Origin: Verrucomicrobiales bacterium
GTDB taxonomy: Bacteria > Verrucomicrobiota > Verrucomicrobiia > Limisphaerales > UBA9464
Length of the DNA stretch: 64,000 nt
Direction of reading: 5' to 3'
NCBI GenBank assembly: GCA_005801385.1
Contig: SYEM01000120.1
Coordinates: 1,779-65,778 of the forward strand
Part shown: one piece after another, positions 58,759-64,000 of the stretch
How positions within the stretch are numbered: the stretch's first letter is position 1
How the letters are laid out: every line of letters begins with the position of its first letter
Position numbers and translations under genes: made by a program
Notes under the pieces: model-generated
What the model was told of the DNA's origin: nothing
The model's database searches: none
The model's input: only the letters and a program-made list of their open reading frames with translations

Positions 58759-58917
58759 ATGAAGAAGTCCCAGCTCCCCTCCAAGATCTGCTCCGCCTGC
58801 GGTCGTCTGTTCGTCTGGCGCAAGAAATGGGAGCGGGACTGGGATCGGGTCCTCTACTGCTCCGATGCTTGCCGGAGGGGAGTCCACCCACTGGCGAGAC
58901 GATCGAAGGGGTCCTGA
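58759..58917 (+). CDS. DUF2256-family small zinc-ribbon protein (52 aa; below the ORF-track size cut-off)
   Basis: Hand translation: [52 protein letters not shown]. The CxxC...WRKKW...W..V.YCS..CR pattern is the DUF2256 signature. Confidence 0.65.
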   Translation: MKKSQLPSKICSACGRLFVWRKKWERDWDRVLYCSDACRRGVHPLARRSKGS

Positions 58918-59009
58918 CAGATCGGAACTACCTCTTGCGGGGAATCCATCCCTGGGTCATCAATCGGTGCGCCATTGCGGAGATCGGAGGTCGGACAGAT
59001 ACTCCGTGC

Positions 59010-59492
59010 ATGCCAGTCTTGGTGAACCTGCGTCTGCTTGCCGAGGAGCCGGCCCACTTGGAGGGGGAACTTCCGGTGGCGGCCTACGGAACGGAGTATC
59101 GGGACGAGCTGATCCGGTTCGATGAGCCGCTTCGGTATGAGCTGGATGTCGAGCGTCAGCCCGACGGACTTTTGGTCACGGGATCCCTGGCTACCTCAGT
59201 TGCCTGTGAGTGCTCCCGATGCCTTAAACCCTTCCGTCTCCCTGTTGAAATCCCGGAACTGGCCACCCTTGCACCGCTCGAGGGTGAGGAGGCGGTGCCG
59301 ATCGAGGGCGACTTTGCAGACTTGACTCCCATACTGCGCGAGGACTTCTATCTTGCCCTGCCAGCAAATCCGCTGTGCAGACCAGACTGTCGCGGGCTGT
59401 CGCAAACGGCGTCGGCTCGCGATTCGCATCTCGAGGGGTCGCCATCTGATGGCCCGTCACCTTGGGCCGCGCTGGACAAGTTGAAACTGTAA
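59010..59492 (+). CDS. yceD: YceD/DUF177 family protein
   Basis: CECSRCLKPF...ALPANPLCRPDC matches the DUF177 Cys pattern. Conserved position directly upstream of rpmF. ATG 59010 is preferred over the 58827 extension. Confidence 0.75.
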   Translation: MPVLVNLRLLAEEPAHLEGELPVAAYGTEYRDELIRFDEPLRYELDVERQPDGLLVTGSLATSVACECSRCLKPFRLPVEIPELATLAPLEGEEAVPIEGDFADLTPILREDFYLALPANPLCRPDCRGLSQTASARDSHLEGSPSDGPSPWAALDKLKL

Positions 59493-59504
59493 CCACAATC
59501 CACC

Positions 59505-59693
59505 ATGGGCGTCCCTAAACGCAAACCGTCCCGAAGCCGCCAGCGCATGCGCCGGGCCTACAATTCCGTGCTCAAGCTGCCGCAGCTCACCCCCTGCGCC
59601 CAGTGCGCCGCCCCCCACATCACCCACCGGGTCTGCCCCTCCTGCGGCTACTACAACGGTCGCCAGGTGGTGACCGTCAAGGCCGCGGCCTGA
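59505..59693 (+). CDS. rpmF: 50S ribosomal protein L32
   Basis: MGVPKRKPSRSRQRMRRA...CAQCAAPHITHRVCPSCGYY is the canonical L32 sequence. Confidence 0.95.
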   Translation: MGVPKRKPSRSRQRMRRAYNSVLKLPQLTPCAQCAAPHITHRVCPSCGYYNGRQVVTVKAAA

Positions 59694-59704
59694 TGTCTGA
59701 GTCC

Positions 59705-59748
59705 CAGGCGCCGGAGTCCCGAGAGGGGTCCGGCGCCTGACTGCTTTT
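59705..59748 (+). terminator. hairpin + T-tract between rpmF and plsX (terminator/attenuator-like)
   Basis: CAGGCGCCGGA (59705-59715) pairs perfectly with TCCGGCGCCTG (59729-59739), an 11-bp stem. It is followed by ACTGCTTTT, ending 1 nt before the plsX ATG. Confidence 0.4.
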
Positions 59749-60774
59749 ATGCGTCTTGCCGTCGACGTCATGGGCGGCGACCATGGGCCGGGCGAACTCC
59801 TGCACGGCATCCGACTCGGCCTCGCTGCGGAACCCACCCTCAAGACCATCTATGTCGTGGGTCGGGAGTCAGAGGTGCGTCCGCTCGCCGAACAGGTCGG
59901 CCTGAAGGACCCCCGGGTTGAATTCTTTGATGCCTCCGAGGTTCTCACCATGGAGGACGACCCGGCCTCTGCCGTCCGTCGCAAGAAGAACTCCTCCCTG
60001 AACCAGGCCCTGACCCTGGTCAGCGACGGCAAGGCCGATGCCGCCATCTCATCCGGCAATACCGGTGCCCTCGTTGCCGGAGCCTCATTCCGGCTTGGCC
60101 GGCTGGATGGGATCAAGCGCCCCTCCCTCGCCTGCATCATGCCGTCCCGGACGGGGGCCTTCGTGCTCCTGGATGGTGGTGCGAACCCGGAGTGCACGCC
60201 GGAGATCCTCCTGCAGTTCGCGGTCATGGGCTCGGTCTATTCCAAGGCCATGCTGGGGATCCAGAAGCCCCGCGTCGGGGTCCTGAGCAATGGATCAGAG
60301 TTGTCGAAGGGGACCGATCTCACCCGGAACGCGGTCGACCTCATCCGCAAGACCTCCCTCAATTCGATCGGGTATTGCGAGGGGTTCGACCTTTTCACCG
60401 ATGGCGTGGACGTGGCGGTCTGTGATGGCTTTGTTGGCAATCTCGTCCTGAAGACTTCCGAGGGCCTCGGGAAGACCGTGGGCCATCTGATGCGGGCCGA
60501 ACTGCTCGAGCACCCGAGCCTGCTGCGGAAGCTGGGTGCTCTGCTCGCCTCGGGCGGCCTGCGACGGATCAAGGCCCGGTTGAATCCCGAGACCTATGGG
60601 GGAGCCCCGATCCTTGGACTGCATCGCACGGTCATCAAGATCCACGGTTCGGCGCGTCGTGAGGCGCTCAAGCACTCCATCCTGCAGGGGTCGAAAGCCG
60701 TGTTGGGCAACCTTAGCGGGGAGATTGAACGCGAGGTGGCTGCGGCCATGACCGCAGCCGGGGCGGAATTCTAG
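59749..60774 (+). CDS. plsX: phosphate acyltransferase PlsX
   Basis: MRLAVDVMGGDHGP, SSGNTGALVA, LLDGGAN, CDGFVGNLVLKTSEG and GAPILGL are canonical PlsX blocks. Confidence 0.95.
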   Translation: MRLAVDVMGGDHGPGELLHGIRLGLAAEPTLKTIYVVGRESEVRPLAEQVGLKDPRVEFFDASEVLTMEDDPASAVRRKKNSSLNQALTLVSDGKADAAISSGNTGALVAGASFRLGRLDGIKRPSLACIMPSRTGAFVLLDGGANPECTPEILLQFAVMGSVYSKAMLGIQKPRVGVLSNGSELSKGTDLTRNAVDLIRKTSLNSIGYCEGFDLFTDGVDVAVCDGFVGNLVLKTSEGLGKTVGHLMRAELLEHPSLLRKLGALLASGGLRRIKARLNPETYGGAPILGLHRTVIKIHGSARREALKHSILQGSKAVLGNLSGEIEREVAAAMTAAGAEF

Positions 60775-60845
60775 AATCCCAAGCGTACAGGTTGTCGTCA
60801 CCGGGGAATTGGTGGTTACATCCCGCCCGGCGTCCCTGCCGTTTC

Positions 60846-61865
60846 ATGCCGACCTCCCGCCCCTCGCTTCCACAGCGTCCTCTACCCAGGACGGTCTCGA
60901 TTACCGGAGTCGGCGCCTACGTTCCGCAACGGATCCTCAGCAATGCCGACCTTGAACGGATGGTCGAGACCTCGGATGACTGGATCACGACCCGGACTGG
61001 AATCCGGGAACGTCACTTGGCTGCAGAGAATGAGGCGACGTCCGACATGGCGGTCGAAGCCGCCAAGAAGGCAATGGCCAATGCAGGCGTCACCGCGGAT
61101 CAGATTGACCTGATTATCGTCGCCACGATCACCCCCGATCGTCTCTTCCCCAGCACCGCCTGCATCGTCCAGGACCGCATCGGTGCAACACGAGCTGCTG
61201 CATTCGATCTCGAGGCAGCCTGCAGCGGATTCGTCTATGCGCTCGAGGTCGGCAGCCAATTCGTCGCCTCTCACACCTACAACACCGTCCTGATCATCGG
61301 TGCCGAGAAGATGTCGGCCTTCGTCGACTGGACCGACCGCAACACGTGCGTGTTGTTTGGTGATGGCGCTGGGGCGGCAGTGCTTCAGCACCGGCCGGGG
61401 TCCTATGGGCTATTGATGACCTGTCTGGGCTCCGATGGTGGAAAGTCGGAGCTGCTTCAGGTGCCCGGAGGCGGCAGTGCTTGTCCTGCAACACTCGATT
61501 CCGTCTCTAAGAAGCTCCATTTCCTCCGGATGGATGGGAAGGAAACCTTCAAGAATGCGGTCAACGCCATGGTGTCCGCTGCTCAGGAGGTGCTGGGACG
61601 CTGCGGGGTCACGGTGGATCAACTCGCCTGCATCATCCCGCACCAGGCCAACCAGCGTATCATGTCGGCCGTTGCCGACCGGCTGAACGCTCGCGAGGAC
61701 CAGCTCTACGTCAACGTCGATCGCTACGGCAACACCTCCGCCGCCAGTGTGGCGATCGCACTGGACGAAGCCCTGTCCCAAGGCCGGATCAAGTCGGGCG
61801 ACCTCGTTCTGCTCGTCGTCTTCGGTGCCGGACTCACCTGGGGTGCCGCATTGATCGAGTGGTAG
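60846..61865 (+). CDS. fabH: 3-oxoacyl-ACP synthase III
   Basis: ITGVGAYVPQRILSNADLE, TSDDWITTRTGIRERH, active-site region AAFDLEAACSGFVYAL, HQANQRI and GNTSAASV. Confidence 0.9.
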   Translation: MPTSRPSLPQRPLPRTVSITGVGAYVPQRILSNADLERMVETSDDWITTRTGIRERHLAAENEATSDMAVEAAKKAMANAGVTADQIDLIIVATITPDRLFPSTACIVQDRIGATRAAAFDLEAACSGFVYALEVGSQFVASHTYNTVLIIGAEKMSAFVDWTDRNTCVLFGDGAGAAVLQHRPGSYGLLMTCLGSDGGKSELLQVPGGGSACPATLDSVSKKLHFLRMDGKETFKNAVNAMVSAAQEVLGRCGVTVDQLACIIPHQANQRIMSAVADRLNAREDQLYVNVDRYGNTSAASVAIALDEALSQGRIKSGDLVLLVVFGAGLTWGAALIEW

Positions 61866-61883
61866 AAACTGGACCGAGGACTC

Positions 61884-62948
61884 CTACTCCCCGTCCTTCC
61901 GGAACCGCTCGGTGTTCCGGGCCCGGCTCACCGCGGTGTCGTAGCTGATGAGGCACTTCGAGTAGAGGTCATGGAGACAGTTATCCATGAGCACCATGCC
62001 GTCCCGGGCCCCGGTTTGCATGATGTTGTTGAGCTGGTGGATCTGGTTTTCACGGATCACGGTTCGGACGGCGTTGGTCGCCAGCAACAGCTCGTAGGCG
62101 AGCACTCGACGGGTCCGGTCCAGACTCGGAAGGAGTTCCTGGGCGATGATGCCCTGGAGACTGTTCGAGAGTTGAAGGATCACCTGCTTCTGGGCGTTGC
62201 CCTCGAAGATGCCCACGATGCGCTCGATGGCGTGGCCCACACTGGGGGCGTGGAGCGTCGCCAGAACCAGATGTCCCGTCTCCGCCGCGGTCAGGGCCGT
62301 CGCGATGGCCTCGTGATCCCGCATCTCGCCGACGCAGATGACGTCGGGATCCTGACGCAACGCGTGGATCAGCGCCCGGTTGAAGGAACGCACGTCGGTC
62401 AGGACCTCCTGCTGCACGATGATCGCCCGGTCGTTCGGGTGAACGAACTCGATCGGATCCTCGATGGTCAGTATCTTGCATCGGCGCTCCCGGTTGATCA
62501 GGTCGATCATGTAGTTGAGCGTCGTCGTCTTTCCGGCACCGGTCGGACCGGTCACGAGAAATAGTCCGTTCGGACGCCGCGCAAAGTCGTCGATCCGTGC
62601 CGGCAGCATCAGCTCCTCGCGGCTCGCGATCCGATCGCCACAGAAGCGGGCGCTGATCTCCGTGACACCGTTCCGGCGATAGAATGTGACACGGATCCTG
62701 CCAGCCACCGGATGACGGACCGAGATGCAGAGCTCCCAGTCGTGATCCAGCTTCCGACGCTGGAGCTCATTCAGGAGGGAATCCGCCATCGCCTGGCTGT
62801 CCTCCTCCGACAAGGCATCCGCGTCTGCGAGCACGATCTCACCGGTAATGCGGAAGGCGGGTGGGACCCCGACTACCAGGTGGAGGTCGGATGCCCGCTG
62901 TTCGTAGGCCCGGTTGAGCAGCCGGTCGAGGTACGGATGGATATCCAT
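61884..62948 (-). CDS. pilT: PilT-family type IV pilus retraction-type ATPase
   Basis: ASDLHL, Walker A GPTGAGKTTT, TIEDPIEF, Walker B/His box DVICVGEMRD...TGHLVLATLH, and the PilT-type C-terminal motif AVRTVIRENQIHQLNNIMQTG. ATG at 62948 (MDIHPYLDRLL). Confidence 0.85.
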   Translation of the reverse strand: MDIHPYLDRLLNRAYEQRASDLHLVVGVPPAFRITGEIVLADADALSEEDSQAMADSLLNELQRRKLDHDWELCISVRHPVAGRIRVTFYRRNGVTEISARFCGDRIASREELMLPARIDDFARRPNGLFLVTGPTGAGKTTTLNYMIDLINRERRCKILTIEDPIEFVHPNDRAIIVQQEVLTDVRSFNRALIHALRQDPDVICVGEMRDHEAIATALTAAETGHLVLATLHAPSVGHAIERIVGIFEGNAQKQVILQLSNSLQGIIAQELLPSLDRTRRVLAYELLLATNAVRTVIRENQIHQLNNIMQTGARDGMVLMDNCLHDLYSKCLISYDTAVSRARNTERFRKDGE

Positions 62949-62980
62949 GGGAAGGAAGTCTTTGGCAGTGCCTTCTGGAA

Positions 62981-63754
62981 TCAGGAGTGGAGTCCCTGTC
63001 GGAACCATCCGGTCATGCGAGCTAAGATCCCGCGTCGGTCCAGCTGATGGATCCGTTCTCCGATTGCACGGTATTCCGGGTTGAGGTCGGCGACCTGTTG
63101 GTAGGACCGGCGGGCATTGCCGGCAAAACCGAGGGAGGCCTCGCAATCCCCGCAGAGCAGCCAGACGACCCAGTTTCCGGGGTCTGCGGCAGCGGCCTGC
63201 TGGGCGAGCTTGAGGGCGGCGGCGAACTGTCCGTAGTGGTGCCGGATCCGCGCGGCAAGCCAGTGCACCCACCAGCCGGTGGGTTCGAGGGCGCAGGCCT
63301 TCTCGAAGCAGTAGTCCGCCCGGCGTTCCCTGCGGGCGAGGAGGACGTCCCCACGCGCCAGCCAGATGTAGGCGGTGTCACCCCGCTCCTCCAGGCTCGC
63401 ATCCGAAAACGCCAACGCAGGATCAAGATCCCCGAGGCGTCCCAAGGCCACTGCCTTCGCTGCCAGCAGTTCCGGAGCGGTGGGAAAGCGTTCGAGGGCC
63501 TTGTCGGCCCAGACCCGGGCCTCGCGATACTCCCCCAGTTCGATCAGGACCCGGACCTGACCGGTCCAGGCCGGGATGGATCCAGGCTCAAACTCGAGGA
63601 CCCTTGAGTAGTGCCGCAGGGCGAGTTCGAAATCCATCGCCTGGTAGGCCGCCTCGGCCGAGGCCATCCAATAGGCACCATCCCGGGATTCTGACTCGGC
63701 CCCGTGCCGGGGCTGTTCGTGTGATTCGAACTCGAGATTGCCGAAACGACTCAT
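62981..63754 (-). CDS. TPR-repeat protein
   Basis: Multiple 34-aa TPR-like units (AYQAMDFELALRHYSRVLEFEP, GEYREARVWADKALERFP, and others). The start at 63754 overlaps the upstream gene stop (ATGA). Lies 32 nt upstream of pilT. Confidence 0.7.
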   Translation of the reverse strand: MSRFGNLEFESHEQPRHGAESESRDGAYWMASAEAAYQAMDFELALRHYSRVLEFEPGSIPAWTGQVRVLIELGEYREARVWADKALERFPTAPELLAAKAVALGRLGDLDPALAFSDASLEERGDTAYIWLARGDVLLARRERRADYCFEKACALEPTGWWVHWLAARIRHHYGQFAAALKLAQQAAAADPGNWVVWLLCGDCEASLGFAGNARRSYQQVADLNPEYRAIGERIHQLDRRGILARMTGWFRQGLHS

Positions 63755-64000
63755 TCGGTTTCCTGACGCCGAAAAAACCACCTCCGATAGGGGCGACCCA
63801 CGAACTCTGCCCGGGTGATCTGGGCCTGGTCGAGAAACGCTTGGGTAATCACGTCGGGTGAGGCTGCCCCCGCCGCTCGCTGGAGCATCCGAGGCCATGC
63901 GAACCAGGTGTCCCTCGGAATGGCAACCGCCCCCGTCATGGGCATGTACGCTTCCAGAGGTCTAGATCGCCCTGCCACCACCACGCCGTTGGTCGTGAAT
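63751..64000 (-). CDS. hypothetical protein, C-terminal fragment (gene continues beyond the window)
   Basis: The frame is open to the window edge and is translationally coupled (ATGA) to the TPR gene. No family recognised from 83 residues. Confidence 0.3.
   Translation of the reverse strand, partial: FTTNGVVVAGRSRPLEAYMPMTGAVAIPRDTWFAWPRMLQRAAGAASPDVITQAFLDQAQITRAEFVGRPYRRWFFRRQETE

Overview
High-GC bacterial chromosomal window. No database searches were possible, so all family calls rest on motifs read directly from the translations. The gene content suggests a PVC-superphylum (Verrucomicrobiota-like) genome. This is an inference from several prepilin-type '[22 protein letters not shown]' paralogs, Cys-type sulfatases, a Pirellula/Verrucomicrobium-type dehydrogenase/heme protein and a long-form GreA. 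The outstanding feature is a tightly coupled type II secretion / type IV pilus-like operon at 4.6-24.3 kb. Its order is gspG, three minor pseudopilins, gspK-like, a PilM-PilN (GspL-like) fusion, a PilO + PilP/GspC-HR-like fusion, a giant 3,937-aa secretin and a lipoprotein. The secretin (11957-23770) has a signal peptide, an N0 domain and a canonical C-terminal secretin core. Between them I count about 43 tandem N1-type 'Secretin_N' ring-building domains, where classical GspD has 3. The array includes a recent tandem duplication of a 4-domain block. No gspE/F/O/C is present in the cluster. A second notable signal is a 12-nt motif, TGRCCTGKCCCY. It occurs 8 times in about 300 bp inside the operon between gspJ and gspK, and again in both orientations in a 590-bp non-coding gap at 44.9-45.5 kb. 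The rest of the window is housekeeping and accessory metabolism. Housekeeping genes are glpD (partial), dnaG, rsmB, greA, larE-like, carA, yceD-rpmF-plsX-fabH, tRNA-Pro(GGG) and nfeD-floA. Accessory genes include three sulfatases, a GH63-like hydrolase, a DUF1080 protein, an M20 peptidase, a Ser/Thr kinase with a beta-propeller, an FHA protein, and a pilT-like ATPase in a separate small operon. Many long ORFs in the six-frame track are antisense or out-of-frame artefacts of the high GC content and were rejected.
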